Shown: positions 38,201 to 49,419 of the stretch, in pieces
How positions within the stretch are numbered: the first letter of the stretch is position 1
How the letters are laid out: each line of letters starts with the position of its first letter
From: Tagaea sp.
GTDB lineage: Bacteria; Pseudomonadota; Alphaproteobacteria; CACIAM-22H2
DNA: 64,000 nt
Direction of reading: 5' to 3'
Assembly (NCBI GenBank): GCA_965279525.1
Contig: CBDIIB010000004.1
Span: 192,001 to 256,000, forward strand
Notes under the pieces: model-generated
Told to the model about the DNA's origin: nothing
Seen by the model: only the letters and a program-made list of their open reading frames with translations
The model's database searches: none
Program-made: the position numbers and the translations under genes

Positions 38201-39688
38201 ATGGCATCCGTATCCGCCACTGCCGGCGGCGTCCATGCGCATGGTGCATCGACGCGCGAGCAGGCCGTACCGCAATACAACGACGACGTCGTGCGCGCGG
38301 GATTGATCGCGACGATCTTCTGGGGCGTTGTCGGCTTCCTCATGGGGAACGTGATCGCCTCGCAGCTCGCGTTCCCGGTCATGAATCTCGGACTCGAGTG
38401 GACGTCGTTCGGCCGCCTGCGGCCGGTACACACGTCAGCGGTGGTCTTCGCGTTCGGCGGAAACGCGATGATCGCGGCCTCGTTCTACATCGTCCAGCGG
38501 ACCTGCCGGACAAACCTGTTCCTTGGCTCGCTGGGTGCGTGGTGCGTGTTCTGGGGCTACCAGCTCTTCATCGTGCTGGCGGCACTCGGCTACGTGCTCG
38601 GCATCACGTCGGGCAAGGAATACGCCGAGCCGGAATGGTTCGTGGATATCTGGCTCACGATCGTCTGGGTGCTCTACCTGGTGGTCTATGCCGGCACGCT
38701 GGTGAAGCGGCGCGAAGAGCACATCTATGTCGCCAACTGGTTCATCCTGTCGTTCATCATCACCGTGGCGATGCTGCATATCGGCAACAACGTGCAGGTG
38801 CCGGTGTCGTGGACGGGCTGGAAGAGCTACACGGTGCCCGGCGGCGTGCAGGACGCGATGATCCAGTGGTGGTACGGACACAACGCGGTCGGCTTCTTCC
38901 TGACCGCGGCGTTTCTCGGAATGATGTATTATTTCATTCCGAAGGCGGCGGGCCGGCCGGTCTATTCGTACCGCTTGTCGATCGTGCATTTCTGGTCGCT
39001 GGTGTTCCTCTATATCTGGGCCGGACCGCACCATCTCCACTACACCTCGCTGCCCGACTGGGCGCAGACGCTGGGCATGACGTTCTCCGTCATGCTGTGG
39101 ATGCCGTCCTGGGGCGGCATGATCAACGGCCTGATGACGCTGTCGGGCGCGTGGGACAAGCTCAGGACCGACGCGTCGCTGCGCTTCTCGGTCACGGCGG
39201 TCGCGTTCTACGGCATGTCGACCTTCGAAGGGCCGATGATGTCGATCAAGGCGGTCAACGCGCTCTCGCACTACACCGACTGGACCGTCGGCCACGTGCA
39301 TTCGGGCGCCATGGGCTGGGTCGGCTTCATCTCGTTCGGCATGCTCTACTGGATGGTGCCGCAGCTGTGGAAGCGCGAAGGGCTCTGGTCGCAGCGGCTC
39401 GTGGCCTGGCACTTCTGGATCGCGACGCTCGGGATCGTCCTCTACATCACGGCGATGTGGGTCTCGGGCATCATGCAGGGCCTGATGTGGCGGGCCTACG
39501 ACGAGTTCGGCTTCCTGCAGTACTCGTTCGGCGAGACGGTCGCAGCGATGCATCCGTTCTACGTCATCCGGCTGCTCGGCGGGCTGCTCTATCTCGCGGG
39601 CGCGCTGATCATGGCGTTCAATCTCTGGAAGACGATCACGGACGTGGCGCCTGTGCGCGCCACTGCCGCCGTCGTCGCGACCGCTTAA
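38201..39688 (+). CDS. ccoN: cbb3-type cytochrome c oxidase subunit I
   Basis: [34 protein letters not shown]. Confidence 0.98.
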   Translation: MASVSATAGGVHAHGASTREQAVPQYNDDVVRAGLIATIFWGVVGFLMGNVIASQLAFPVMNLGLEWTSFGRLRPVHTSAVVFAFGGNAMIAASFYIVQRTCRTNLFLGSLGAWCVFWGYQLFIVLAALGYVLGITSGKEYAEPEWFVDIWLTIVWVLYLVVYAGTLVKRREEHIYVANWFILSFIITVAMLHIGNNVQVPVSWTGWKSYTVPGGVQDAMIQWWYGHNAVGFFLTAAFLGMMYYFIPKAAGRPVYSYRLSIVHFWSLVFLYIWAGPHHLHYTSLPDWAQTLGMTFSVMLWMPSWGGMINGLMTLSGAWDKLRTDASLRFSVTAVAFYGMSTFEGPMMSIKAVNALSHYTDWTVGHVHSGAMGWVGFISFGMLYWMVPQLWKREGLWSQRLVAWHFWIATLGIVLYITAMWVSGIMQGLMWRAYDEFGFLQYSFGETVAAMHPFYVIRLLGGLLYLAGALIMAFNLWKTITDVAPVRATAAVVATA

Positions 39689-39703
39689 GGGGAGTAGCGA
39701 AGA

Positions 39704-40429
39704 ATGGCTTTCAATCACGCGATCCTCGAGAAGAACGTCGTCCTGCTGGCCGTCTGCACGCTGATCACCGTGGCGATCGGCGGGCTCGTCCAGATCGTCC
39801 CGCTGTTCACGATCGAACAGACGATCGAGCGGGTCGAAGGGGTGCGCCCCTATTCGCCGCTCGAACTGGCCGGCCGGAACATCTATGTCCGCGAAGGTTG
39901 CTACAACTGCCACAGCCAGCAGATCCGTCCCTTCCGGGACGAGATCGAGCGCTACGGCCACTACAGCCTCGCGGCTGAATCGATGTACGACCATCCGTTC
40001 CAGTGGGGCTCGAAGCGCAACGGGCCGGATCTGGCGCGTGTCGGCGGCAAGTACTCCGACGAGTGGCATGTCGCCCACATGATCGATCCGCGCGCCGTCG
40101 TTCCGGAATCGATCATGCCGACCTATGCCTTCATGGCGAAGCGGCCGCTCGAGTACGCCGACATCCAGGCGCATCTCAAGACGCTGAAGATGATCGGCGT
40201 GCCCTACACCGACGAGATGATCGCGAACGCGAAGGCCGATCTGGAGGCGCAGAAGAATCCGGATGCCGACACGGCCGGACTTGTCGCGCGATATCCGAAA
40301 GCCGTCGTTTCGAACTTCGCCGGCGATCCCGGCAAGGTGACGGAACTCGACGCGGTCATCGCCTACATGCAGATGCTCGGCACGCTCGTCGACTTCCGCA
40401 ACGTCAAGCCCGAACAACTTCGTCAGTAA
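39704..40429 (+). CDS. ccoO: cbb3-type cytochrome c oxidase subunit II
   Basis: [28 protein letters not shown]. Confidence 0.98.
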   Translation: MAFNHAILEKNVVLLAVCTLITVAIGGLVQIVPLFTIEQTIERVEGVRPYSPLELAGRNIYVREGCYNCHSQQIRPFRDEIERYGHYSLAAESMYDHPFQWGSKRNGPDLARVGGKYSDEWHVAHMIDPRAVVPESIMPTYAFMAKRPLEYADIQAHLKTLKMIGVPYTDEMIANAKADLEAQKNPDADTAGLVARYPKAVVSNFAGDPGKVTELDAVIAYMQMLGTLVDFRNVKPEQLRQ

Positions 40430-40442
40430 CGGAGCACCGACC

Positions 40443-40598
40443 ATGGACCCGATGCAACTGAGCCAGATCCTCGGAACGGTCTCGACCGTCTGGTTCTTCC
40501 TGTTCTTCGTCGGAATGCTGCTCTGGGTTTTCTGGCCATCGCGCAAGCCGCATATGGACCATCAGGCCCGGATCCCGCTGCAAGACGACGAACGCTGA
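40443..40598 (+). CDS. ccoQ: cbb3-type cytochrome c oxidase subunit CcoQ
   Basis: Not in the ORF track. Manual translation MDPMQLSQILGTVSTVWFFLFFVGMLLWVFWPSRKPHMDHQARIPLQDDER; lies between ccoO and ccoP. Confidence 0.92.
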   Translation: MDPMQLSQILGTVSTVWFFLFFVGMLLWVFWPSRKPHMDHQARIPLQDDER

Positions 40599-40625
40599 AC
40601 GAAGTCCCCAAGGGGAGCGCACGAC

Positions 40626-41495
40626 ATGCCGACGAAGATCGAGAAAGACGCCGTCACAGGGACCGATACCACGGGCCACGAATGGGACGGCATCAAGGAA
40701 CTGAACACGCCGCTGCCGAAATGGTGGCTCTACACGTATTACGCGACGATCATCTGGTCGCTTGCGTACTATGTCTTCTATCCCGCATGGCCGTCTCTGT
40801 CCGGCCACACGCCGGGAATCCTCGGCTGGACGATGCGCGGCGAGATCGCGGCCGAAATGGAAGCCGCGAAGCGGACGCATGCCCCGAATGTCCGGCGCAT
40901 CGCCGAAAGTTCGCTGGGCGACATCCGCAAGTCGGCCGACCTTCGCACCTATGCGATGGCCGGCGGTCGTTCGGCGTTCGGCGTCCAGTGCGCGCCATGC
41001 CACGGTGCCGGCGGCGCAGGGTCGAAAGGTTTCCCGAACCTCGTCGACGACAACTGGATCTGGGGCGGTTCGCTCGACGAGATCTACACGACGATCCAGT
41101 ACGGCGTGCGCAACTCGAACGACAAGTCGCGCCTTTCGCAGATGCCGCGCTTCGGTGCTGACGGGATCCTGACCGCGAAGCAGATCGACGACGTGGCCGA
41201 GTATGTGCTGTCGCTGTCGCGCCGCTCGGGCGACGCGGCCGCAGCCGGCCGCGGTGCAGCCGTCTATGCCGAAAACTGCGTGGCGTGCCATCAGGAAGGC
41301 GGGACGGGCAACCAGGAGATGGGTGCGCCCAATCTCGCCGCGAACATCTGGATGTACGGCGGCGACAAGGCGACGCTCGTCGAAACGATCCGCAACGCAA
41401 GGCAGGGCGCCATGCCGGCCTGGTCCGAGCGACTGGACGACGCGACGGTCAAGATGCTCGCCGTCTATGTCCACGCATTGGGCGGCGGCAAGTAA
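40626..41495 (+). CDS. ccoP: cbb3-type cytochrome c oxidase subunit III
   Basis: TTGHEWDGIKELNTPLPKWW; two haem motifs CAPCH and CVACH. Confidence 0.98.
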   Translation: MPTKIEKDAVTGTDTTGHEWDGIKELNTPLPKWWLYTYYATIIWSLAYYVFYPAWPSLSGHTPGILGWTMRGEIAAEMEAAKRTHAPNVRRIAESSLGDIRKSADLRTYAMAGGRSAFGVQCAPCHGAGGAGSKGFPNLVDDNWIWGGSLDEIYTTIQYGVRNSNDKSRLSQMPRFGADGILTAKQIDDVAEYVLSLSRRSGDAAAAGRGAAVYAENCVACHQEGGTGNQEMGAPNLAANIWMYGGDKATLVETIRNARQGAMPAWSERLDDATVKMLAVYVHALGGGK

Positions 41496-41507
41496 AGGTC
41501 ATTGGCA

Positions 41508-43013
41508 ATGGATGGCGGCTCAACCACCGACGCACGCGTGCCGCCATCCGTTGTCGTTGACGATGCGGTTTCGACGAAGGTCCAGAAGGCGGCACAGCCG
41601 CTCTATGCTTCGCGGATCAAGGTCCATCCGAAGTCGGTATCCGGCACGTTCAGGACGGTCAAATGGGCCGTCCTGGGACTGTGCCTTGCGGTCTACTATC
41701 TGGCACCCTGGCTGCGCTGGGATCGCGGGCCGAGCGCGCCCGACCAGGCGATCCTGATCGACATGCCGGGCCGCAAGGCCTACTTCTTCATGCTCGAGAT
41801 CTGGCCGCAGGAAGTCTACTTCCTGACCGGACTTCTGGTCATTGCCGCGATCGTCCTGTTCCTCGTCACGTCGCTGTTCGGGCGGCTGTGGTGCGGCTAT
41901 GCCTGTCCGCAGACGGTCTGGACGGACCTGTTCATGCTGGTCGAGCGCTGGATCGAAGGCGATCGCAACGCGCGGATGAAGCTGGACGCGGCGCCGAATT
42001 CTGCGGCCAAGATCGCGAAGCGGACGGCGAAACACGCGAGCTGGCTTGCCATCGCCATGGCGACGGGCGGCGCCTGGGTCCTCTATTTCGGCGACGCGCC
42101 GACGCTGCTGGGCGAGATATTCACTGGCCGTGCCAGCCTCACGGAGTATTTCTTCATCGGCCTCTTCACGGCGACGACATATACGCTCGCCGGCCTCGCC
42201 CGCGAACAGGTCTGCACCTACATGTGCCCCTGGCCGCGCTTCCAGAGCGCCATGCTCGACGACCAGTCCTATGTCGTCACCTACGAAGGCTGGCGTGGCG
42301 AGCCGCGCGGCAAGCTCGCGAAGAAGGCCGACGGCGTCGATCCGTGGGCCGGCCGCGGCGACTGCGTCGACTGCAACTCCTGCGTCGCGACCTGCCCGAC
42401 CGGCATCGACATCCGCGACGGCCAGCAGCTCGAATGCATCGGCTGCGGCCTGTGCGTCGACGCGTGCAATGCCGTGATGGACAAGGTCGGGCGCCCGCGC
42501 GACCTGATCCGCTTCGACACGCTGGCCAACCAGCAGGCCCGTTCGGTCGGAGCGCCGGCGACCCACCGCTTCGTCCGTCCGCGCACCATCCTCTATGCCG
42601 CGGTTCTCGCCGTCGTCGGCTCGGTCATGCTGACGGCGCTGCTGATGCGCACGACGGTCGAACTGAGCGTCCTGCGCGATCGCAATCCGCTTTTCTCCAC
42701 GCTCGTCGATGGCCGCATCCGCAACGCGTACACCATCCATGTCCTCAACAAGACGCACGAGCCGCAGAGCTATCGGCTGGCCATCTCGGGCATCGGTGGC
42801 GCTGTGCTTTCGGCCGTCGGGGATGGGTCGACGGGCGACGTGCTGGAAATCGTCGCCAAGCCGGACTCTGTCGCGAACAACCGCGTGTTCGTGACGGCGC
42901 CTCTCGCAGGACTTCGCAATGCCGCATCCACGAAGATCGAGTTCAAGCTCGAGCGCGTCGGCGGCGGCGCACGTGCCGAATACGACTCCGTCTTTCTCGC
43001 TCCCGGACGCTGA
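41508..43013 (+). CDS. ccoG: cbb3 oxidase accessory ferredoxin-like protein CcoG/FixG
   Basis: WCGYACPQTVW, CTYMCPWPR, CVDCNSCVATCP, CIGCGLCVDAC. Confidence 0.96.
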   Translation: MDGGSTTDARVPPSVVVDDAVSTKVQKAAQPLYASRIKVHPKSVSGTFRTVKWAVLGLCLAVYYLAPWLRWDRGPSAPDQAILIDMPGRKAYFFMLEIWPQEVYFLTGLLVIAAIVLFLVTSLFGRLWCGYACPQTVWTDLFMLVERWIEGDRNARMKLDAAPNSAAKIAKRTAKHASWLAIAMATGGAWVLYFGDAPTLLGEIFTGRASLTEYFFIGLFTATTYTLAGLAREQVCTYMCPWPRFQSAMLDDQSYVVTYEGWRGEPRGKLAKKADGVDPWAGRGDCVDCNSCVATCPTGIDIRDGQQLECIGCGLCVDACNAVMDKVGRPRDLIRFDTLANQQARSVGAPATHRFVRPRTILYAAVLAVVGSVMLTALLMRTTVELSVLRDRNPLFSTLVDGRIRNAYTIHVLNKTHEPQSYRLAISGIGGAVLSAVGDGSTGDVLEIVAKPDSVANNRVFVTAPLAGLRNAASTKIEFKLERVGGGARAEYDSVFLAPGR

Positions 43014-43029
43014 CGCAAAGGAACCCCCG

Positions 43030-43509
43030 ATGATCGGCCCTTTCTCCGACAAGTCCTTCCGCGACCGTTACCTTTGGGTCGTCTTTCCGTTGATGTTCCT
43101 TTTCGTGGCTTCGGCGAACGGTGCGCTGGTCTATTTCGCGATGACGAGCTGGCCTGGTCTTGCCTACGAAAACGCGTCCGAACGCGGCCGGAAGTTCAAC
43201 CGCGTCCTTGCGGAAGAAGAAAAGGAAAGCGCCCTCGGCTGGACGTTCGGTCTGCGCTATTCGGACGGCGCAGTCATCGTCGACGCGCGGGATCGCGACG
43301 GTCAGGTGCTGGTCGACCTCCAGCTCGCCGGCACGCTCGTCCGGCCGCTTGGCGGGACCGACGACAGGAAGCTCGAGTTCCGCCCCGCCGGCCCGGGCAA
43401 GTATGAGGCGGTCGCGGAACTGCCGCTCAAGGGGCAGTGGGAAGTCCGCCTCGTCGCGGACCGGATGGGCGACCGGTCGCACAGCGCCACGCGCTTCGTG
43501 GTCCGATAG
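43030..43509 (+). CDS. ccoH: CcoH/FixH family protein
   Basis: N-terminal TM helix, YFAMTSWPGL, GQWEV; position between ccoG and ccoI. Confidence 0.88.
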   Translation: MIGPFSDKSFRDRYLWVVFPLMFLFVASANGALVYFAMTSWPGLAYENASERGRKFNRVLAEEEKESALGWTFGLRYSDGAVIVDARDRDGQVLVDLQLAGTLVRPLGGTDDRKLEFRPAGPGKYEAVAELPLKGQWEVRLVADRMGDRSHSATRFVVR

Positions 43510-43517
43510 GCGCCGTC

Positions 43518-45869
43518 ATGGCCCCGTTCGACGGAATCGCGGAGACTGCCAAAGCCGGATGCATCCATTGTGCATCTCCGGTCGAAGCCGGCATGCGGTT
43601 CTGCTGCACCGGGTGCGAAGCAGCCTACGAAGCCGTACGTGGACTTGGCCTCGACTCATTCTATGCGCGCCGACAACTGGCCGCCGGTTCGCGGAACCTC
43701 AAACCCGAGGCGAATGTCGTCTTCGACTATGCCGGTCGTACGCACGTCGATGCCGCCGGCAACGCCGAACTGCACCTGATGGTCGAAGGCCTGACCTGTG
43801 CCGCCTGCGTCTGGCTGATCGAAAGCGTCTATGCGCGCGAAGCGGACGTCCTCGATGCGCGCGTCAATCTCTCCACCGGCCGGTTCGTGCTGAAATGGCG
43901 GGGTGCGGCCGAGCGGGCGTCGTCGCTCGTGGCGTTGGTTTCGCGGCTGGGCTTCCGTCTCGTCCCGTTCGATCCGGGCTGCCTCGACGATGCGCATGCG
44001 CGCGAGGAGAAGGACCTGCTCCGCGCGACCGGCGTCGCCGGGTTCGCCGCCGGAAACGTGATGATGCTGTCGGTCGCGGTCTGGGTCGGCGTCGACATGG
44101 GCCCCGCGACGAAGGATCTGCTCCACTGGGTTTCGGCGCTGATCGGCCTGCCTTGCATCTTCTACGCAGGGCTTCCGTTCTACCGGTCGGCGATCGCCGC
44201 CCTTCGCGGCGGTCGCCTCAACATGGATGTGCCGATCGCCGTCGGAGTCACGATGACGGCGGCCATGAGCCTGTCGGAAACGATCCGGGGCGGCCCCTAC
44301 GCATATTTCGATGCAGCACTGACATTGCTTTTCTTCCTCCTTGCCGGCCGCTATCTCGACCGCCGCGCGCGCGGACGTGCGCGCGCCAGTGCGGCACACC
44401 TGATCGCACTCTCGGCCCGCCCGGTGACGGTCGTCGATGCGAGCGAGGCATCGCGCAGTGTTTCTGCCGATGCAGTGCGCGTCGGCGACATCGTTCTGGT
44501 CGCCACCGGTGAACGGATCGGAGTCGATGGCTGCGTGCGCGAGGGCATTTCGGCCGTCGACGAGTCCGTCGTCACGGGTGAAACGCTGCCGCGCGACGTG
44601 GCCCCGGGTGCCCAAGTCTTCGCAGGCATGATCAATCTCGGTCCTGCCCTGCGGATCGAGACGACGGCCACCGGCGAGCGCACGCTGCTGGCCGAGATCG
44701 TCCGGCTGGTCGAAACCGCCGAGCATGGCCGCTCACGGTTCGTCGCGATCGCCGAGCGGGTGACCCGCCTCTATGCGCCCGTCGTCCACGTCACGGCGCT
44801 CGCCACGTTCCTGGGCTGGTTCCATCTGGTCGGCGTCGAGTGGCAGGTGGCGATGCTCTATGCCGTCGCCACACTCATCATCACCTGTCCGTGCGCGCTC
44901 GGGCTTGCGGTTCCTTCGGTGCAGACGATCGCCTCGGGGCGCCTCATGCGCGGCGGCATCCTGCTCAAGAACGCCACGGCACTCGAGCGCCTCGCCGAGA
45001 TCGATACAGTCGTTTTCGACAAGACCGGCACGCTTACGCAAGGCCAGCTCGTGCTTCAGTCGGATCCTGCATCGAGGGAAGATGACCTGCGCCTGGCGGC
45101 GTCGATCGCCGCCAGTTCGCGTCACCCGTTGGCGCGTGCGCTCTGCCGTGCGTGTGCGGGCCACGGCATCGCCGGCGGCGTCGTCGAGATCCCCGGCGCC
45201 GGGCTCACTTGGGGCGACGTGAAGCTCGGATCGCGCGAGTTCTGCGATGTCGATACGGCGGAATCACCACCTGTCGGTCCCGAAATCTGGCTGCGGTTCG
45301 GCGATGGGCGCAAGGTGCGCTTTGCCTTCGCCGATGCGCCGCGCGCCGATGCGGCCAGCACAATAGAAGCGCTCCGTTCGCGCGGTCTTGCGGTCGAACT
45401 CCTGTCCGGCGACCGGATCGAAGTTGTCCGGGGGATCGCCGACCGGCTCGGCATCGCGGCGTACCGTGGCAAGGTCTCGCCGGCGGCCAAGGCCGCGCGG
45501 CTTGCGGAACTGGCCGCAAGCGGCCGGCGGGTCCTGATGGTGGGCGACGGTCTCAACGACGCGCCGGCACTGGCTGCGGCCCATGCGTCGCTGTCGCCGG
45601 CATCCGGTGCCGACGTCGCGCAGGTCGCCGCAGACGCGGTGTTCCAGGGGAGCCGGCTTGCCGCGGTCATTGAGCTGCTCGACGTGGCCACGCGCGCCCG
45701 GGTGCTCGTCCGCCAGAACATCGCGATGTCGATCGTGTATAATGCGCTGGCCGTGCCTCTGGCGGTGCTGGGCATGGTGACGCCGCCGATCGCGGCGGCC
45801 CTGATGTCGAGCTCGTCGATCGCGGTCGTCGCGAACGCGCTGCGCCTTTCGCGCAGGAAGGAAGCCTGA
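43518..45869 (+). CDS. ccoI: cbb3 assembly Cu P1B-type ATPase CcoI/FixI
   Basis: CIHC...FCCTGC N-terminal domain, CAACVWLIE, CPC, DKTGT, GDGLNDAPAL. Confidence 0.94.
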   Translation: MAPFDGIAETAKAGCIHCASPVEAGMRFCCTGCEAAYEAVRGLGLDSFYARRQLAAGSRNLKPEANVVFDYAGRTHVDAAGNAELHLMVEGLTCAACVWLIESVYAREADVLDARVNLSTGRFVLKWRGAAERASSLVALVSRLGFRLVPFDPGCLDDAHAREEKDLLRATGVAGFAAGNVMMLSVAVWVGVDMGPATKDLLHWVSALIGLPCIFYAGLPFYRSAIAALRGGRLNMDVPIAVGVTMTAAMSLSETIRGGPYAYFDAALTLLFFLLAGRYLDRRARGRARASAAHLIALSARPVTVVDASEASRSVSADAVRVGDIVLVATGERIGVDGCVREGISAVDESVVTGETLPRDVAPGAQVFAGMINLGPALRIETTATGERTLLAEIVRLVETAEHGRSRFVAIAERVTRLYAPVVHVTALATFLGWFHLVGVEWQVAMLYAVATLIITCPCALGLAVPSVQTIASGRLMRGGILLKNATALERLAEIDTVVFDKTGTLTQGQLVLQSDPASREDDLRLAASIAASSRHPLARALCRACAGHGIAGGVVEIPGAGLTWGDVKLGSREFCDVDTAESPPVGPEIWLRFGDGRKVRFAFADAPRADAASTIEALRSRGLAVELLSGDRIEVVRGIADRLGIAAYRGKVSPAAKAARLAELAASGRRVLMVGDGLNDAPALAAAHASLSPASGADVAQVAADAVFQGSRLAAVIELLDVATRARVLVRQNIAMSIVYNALAVPLAVLGMVTPPIAAALMSSSSIAVVANALRLSRRKEA

Positions 45870-46027
45870 TGGATTCCCTGATCGTCCTTATACCGGTTTC
45901 GCTGTTCTTCGCGCTCGCGGCCCTGGTGGCGTTTCTCTGGTCGCTGCGCAGCGGCCAGTACGAGGACATGGAAGGGGCGGCAAGCCGCATCCTGTTCGAC
46001 GAAGACCGGCCGAAACCGCCGAAGTGA
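45869..46027 (+). CDS. ccoS: cbb3 assembly protein CcoS/FixS
   Basis: Not in the ORF track. Manual translation MDSLIVLIPVSLFFALAALVAFLWSLRSGQYEDMEGAASRILFDEDRPKPPK. Confidence 0.93.
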   Translation: MDSLIVLIPVSLFFALAALVAFLWSLRSGQYEDMEGAASRILFDEDRPKPPK

Positions 46028-46031
46028 AAAG

Positions 46032-47744
46032 TCAGCGGACCAGGTCGCCGACGATCGTCCGGGCATCGGCGACGGTCGCGGCATAGCGTATCGCCGGCTC
46101 ACGAAGCCCTGCCGCCAGAAGGCCCTTGCGTACCGCCGGGCGGGCACCGGCGATCACGAAAATCGTTCCGTTCGAGATCAGCTTTTCGGAGAACCGCTCC
46201 AGGCTCTTCGCCGCCGTCGCGTCGACCAGCGGCACATTGTCGAAATCGAGGATGAAGGCGCGGGGAAGTCGCCCGATCCGGTCGAGCGTGGCGATCACGC
46301 TCGCCGTGGCACCGAAGAAGAACGCGCCGCTGATCTTGTAGACGACGACGTCCGGGTCGAGCGCGCTTGCACCGGGATAGGGGATGCGTGCATCGGCGGG
46401 CCCGTCGGCGATATCCTGGGCGACAAGCGGGCCGCCACCTTCGACTTCGATCGCTTCGGCCATCCGGTGCAGGAAAAGGAAGGCGCCGAGCGTCACGCCC
46501 ACGGCGATGCCGGTGGTCAGGTCCTCGAACACCGTCAGCAGGAACGTCGCGAGCAGCACCAGCGCGTCGCCGGGCGAGGCGCGCAGCAGGGCGGCGAACT
46601 CCGCGCGCTCGGCCATGTTCCACGAGACGATCGCCAGGACGGCGCCGAGTGCGGCCAAAGGCACATACGCGGCAAGCGGTGCGGCGAACATCATGAACAG
46701 CAGGATATAGAGCGCGTGCAGGATCCCGGCGACGGGTCCGCGCGCACCCGCGCGAACGTTGGTCGCGGTGCGCGCGATCGTGCCGGTGACAGGCATGCCG
46801 CCGAAGACCACGGCTGCGATGTTCGCACCGCCCTGGGCGACGAGTTCGCAGTTGGAGCGGTGCCGCCGGCCGGTCATGCCGTCGGCGACGAGGGCCGATA
46901 GCAGCGATTCGATCGAGCCGAGGAACGCGATCGCGAGCGCGTCGGGCAGGACCGCGCGCATTTTCGTAAAAGTGATGTCGGGCAGCGACGGTGCAGGAAG
47001 ATGGTCGGGGATGCCGCCGAAGCGCGTTCCGACCGTCGCGACATCGAGACCGAGGATGGCGGCGACGGCACTGGAAAGGCCGACCGCAATCAGCAGGCCC
47101 GGCCATGCCGGCCGGATCTTGCGCAGGACGAGGATCGTTGCGAGTGCCAGGGCAGCGATCCCGATGGTCTGCCAGCGAAACGTGGGCAGCGCATCCCAGA
47201 TTGCCACCAGCTTGGGCAGGAAGGCCGCCGGCTCGTTCCGGATGTCGAGGCCGAGAAGCTCGCGAAGCTGGCTTGCGAAGATGATCACGGCGATGCCGGA
47301 CGTGAACCCGACCGTGACGGGGTAGGGGATGTACTTGATATAGGTGCCCAGCCGCAGGAACCCCACGGTCAGCATCACGAGCCCCGCAATCAGCGTCGCG
47401 ATGACAAGCCCGTCATAGCCGTGCCGTTCGACGATCGATGCGATCAGCACGATGAAGGCGCCGGCCGGACCGCCGATCTGGAAGCGGCTGCCGCCGAATG
47501 CAGAGATCAGGAAGCCGCCAATGATGGCGGTGAAGAGACCGCGATCCGGCGAAAGACCGGACGCGATCGCGATCGCCATGCAGAGCGGAATGGCGACGAT
47601 CGCGACAGTCAGTCCGGCAACGGCATCGTCCTTCAACGCGCGCGCGTCATAGCCCTCGCGCAACACGGAGACCAGTTTAGGCGTGAACATCTCCGCGAAG
47701 CTCGGCCGCGATGCGGAGCGACCCGGCGTTCTGGTGTCGGCCAT
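46032..47744 (-). CDS. SulP family inorganic anion transporter with STAS domain
   Basis: DAVAGLTVAIVAIPL, GGSRFQIGGPAG, GSIESLLSA, C-terminal GAFFFG...VDAT STAS domain. Confidence 0.93.
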   Translation of the reverse strand: MADTRTPGRSASRPSFAEMFTPKLVSVLREGYDARALKDDAVAGLTVAIVAIPLCMAIAIASGLSPDRGLFTAIIGGFLISAFGGSRFQIGGPAGAFIVLIASIVERHGYDGLVIATLIAGLVMLTVGFLRLGTYIKYIPYPVTVGFTSGIAVIIFASQLRELLGLDIRNEPAAFLPKLVAIWDALPTFRWQTIGIAALALATILVLRKIRPAWPGLLIAVGLSSAVAAILGLDVATVGTRFGGIPDHLPAPSLPDITFTKMRAVLPDALAIAFLGSIESLLSALVADGMTGRRHRSNCELVAQGGANIAAVVFGGMPVTGTIARTATNVRAGARGPVAGILHALYILLFMMFAAPLAAYVPLAALGAVLAIVSWNMAERAEFAALLRASPGDALVLLATFLLTVFEDLTTGIAVGVTLGAFLFLHRMAEAIEVEGGGPLVAQDIADGPADARIPYPGASALDPDVVVYKISGAFFFGATASVIATLDRIGRLPRAFILDFDNVPLVDATAAKSLERFSEKLISNGTIFVIAGARPAVRKGLLAAGLREPAIRYAATVADARTIVGDLVR

Positions 47745-47856
47745 CGGCAGTTGTTCCTTTGAGTCAGGCGATTGTCGCTGGGCGCATTCATCGCGGCAAG
47801 GAACTACACCGCACGTACGTCAAATCGCCCGAAAGCGTTTGATGCCCCAATAATTC

Positions 47857-47920
47857 CATAATTTTATTACGTATGATCCATGTTTCATGTATTAATTTCG
47901 GTATACGTAGTAAAGTTACA
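47857..47920. promoter_or_regulatory. Two candidate HexR operators in the AT-rich zwf promoter
   Basis: CATAATTTTATTACG (47857-47871) and CGTAGTAAAGTTACA (47906-47920) versus HexR consensus TGTAAT-WWW-ATTACA; hexR is in the same operon. Confidence 0.6.
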
Positions 47921-47937
47921 TAACGTGAGGTCGGTTG

Positions 47938-49419
47938 ATGGCACAGATCATACCCGTGGCGGCGTTCGACTATGTCGTGTTCGGCGGGACCGGCGACCTT
48001 GCGACACGCAAGCTTCTACCGGCCCTTTTCCATCGCGACGTCGACGGACAGATCCCGCCCGAGGCGCGGATCTTCGCGATTTCCAGGCGCGACTACGACA
48101 ATGCGGCCTATGTCGCCTTCGTCGAGGGACAGGTGCGCCGCCATCTCGGCCCGGGCGATCCCGATCCGGTTGCCTGGGCCCGGTTCCGCGCGCGCCTGCA
48201 CCATGTGACGCTCGATGCGGAAGCGGACACGGGCTGGGACCGGCTGGTCGAAACGCTCGGTCCGGCAGGTTCGCGCGTGCGCGTGTTCTATCTGGCGACG
48301 TCGCCGCAGTTCTACGGCCCGATCGCGCGTCGTCTGGGGGCGGCGGGGCTGGCGCGCGACGGCGCGCGCCTGGTCGTGGAAAAGCCGATCGGCAGCGACC
48401 TTGCGAGCGCACAGCGCATCAACGACGAGATCGGTGCGGTCTTCGACGAACTGCACATCTACCGCATCGACCACTATCTCGGAAAGGAAGCGGTCCAGAA
48501 CCTGCTGGCCCTGCGCTTCGCGAATTCCCTTTTCGAGCCGCTGTGGAACTCGATGTGGATCGACCACGTGCAGATCACGGTGTCGGAGACCGTCGGTCTC
48601 GAGGGCCGGGCCGGCTACTACGAATCCGCCGGCGCGCTGCGCGACATGGTCCAGAACCATCTGCTGCAGCTCACCTGCCTCGTCGCGATGGAACCGCCGC
48701 AGGCGCTGACCGCCGATGCGGTGCGCGACGAGAAGCTGAAGGTCCTGCGCTCGCTCGACGTGCTGGCCGACGGTGCGCGCGACGGACATGTCGTGCGCGG
48801 CCAATACGTGGCCGGCGCCATCGACGGTGCGGCCGTGCCCGGATATGGCGAGGAACTCGGCAAGGGTGCGGTCAGCCGCACCGAAACGTTCGTCGCGATC
48901 AAGCTCGGGATCGCGAACTGGCGCTGGTCGGGCGTGCCGTTCTATCTGCGTACCGGAAAGCGGATGGCCCGCAAGACGTCCGAGATCGTCGTCCAGTTCA
49001 AACCGGTTCCCCATTCGATCTTCGGATCGGGGGCGGGTACGGCACTTGTCGCGAACCGGCTCGTCGTGCGCCTCCAGCCCGACGAGGGGATCACGCTTCG
49101 CCTGATGACCAAGGAGCCGGGCCCGGGCGGCCTGCGGCTGCGGTCGGTTCCGCTCGACCTGAGCTTCGCGGAAACGTTCTCGACCCGCTTTCCCGAGGCG
49201 TACGAACGGCTGCTCATGGACGTGGTGCGCGGCAATCCGACGCTGTTCATGCGTCGCGACGAAGTCGAGGCGGCATGGAGCTGGATCGAAGCGACGATCC
49301 GCCACTGGGAGCGTTCCGGCGAGCCGCCGAAGAACTACGTTGCCGGGAGCTGGGGGCCGCCGGCGGCGACCGCCCTCATCGAGCGCGACGGGCGGACATG
49401 GCACGAGGAGCTCAGCTGA
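47938..49419 (+). CDS. zwf: Glucose-6-phosphate 1-dehydrogenase
   Basis: [45 protein letters not shown]. Confidence 0.98.
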   Translation: MAQIIPVAAFDYVVFGGTGDLATRKLLPALFHRDVDGQIPPEARIFAISRRDYDNAAYVAFVEGQVRRHLGPGDPDPVAWARFRARLHHVTLDAEADTGWDRLVETLGPAGSRVRVFYLATSPQFYGPIARRLGAAGLARDGARLVVEKPIGSDLASAQRINDEIGAVFDELHIYRIDHYLGKEAVQNLLALRFANSLFEPLWNSMWIDHVQITVSETVGLEGRAGYYESAGALRDMVQNHLLQLTCLVAMEPPQALTADAVRDEKLKVLRSLDVLADGARDGHVVRGQYVAGAIDGAAVPGYGEELGKGAVSRTETFVAIKLGIANWRWSGVPFYLRTGKRMARKTSEIVVQFKPVPHSIFGSGAGTALVANRLVVRLQPDEGITLRLMTKEPGPGGLRLRSVPLDLSFAETFSTRFPEAYERLLMDVVRGNPTLFMRRDEVEAAWSWIEATIRHWERSGEPPKNYVAGSWGPPAATALIERDGRTWHEELS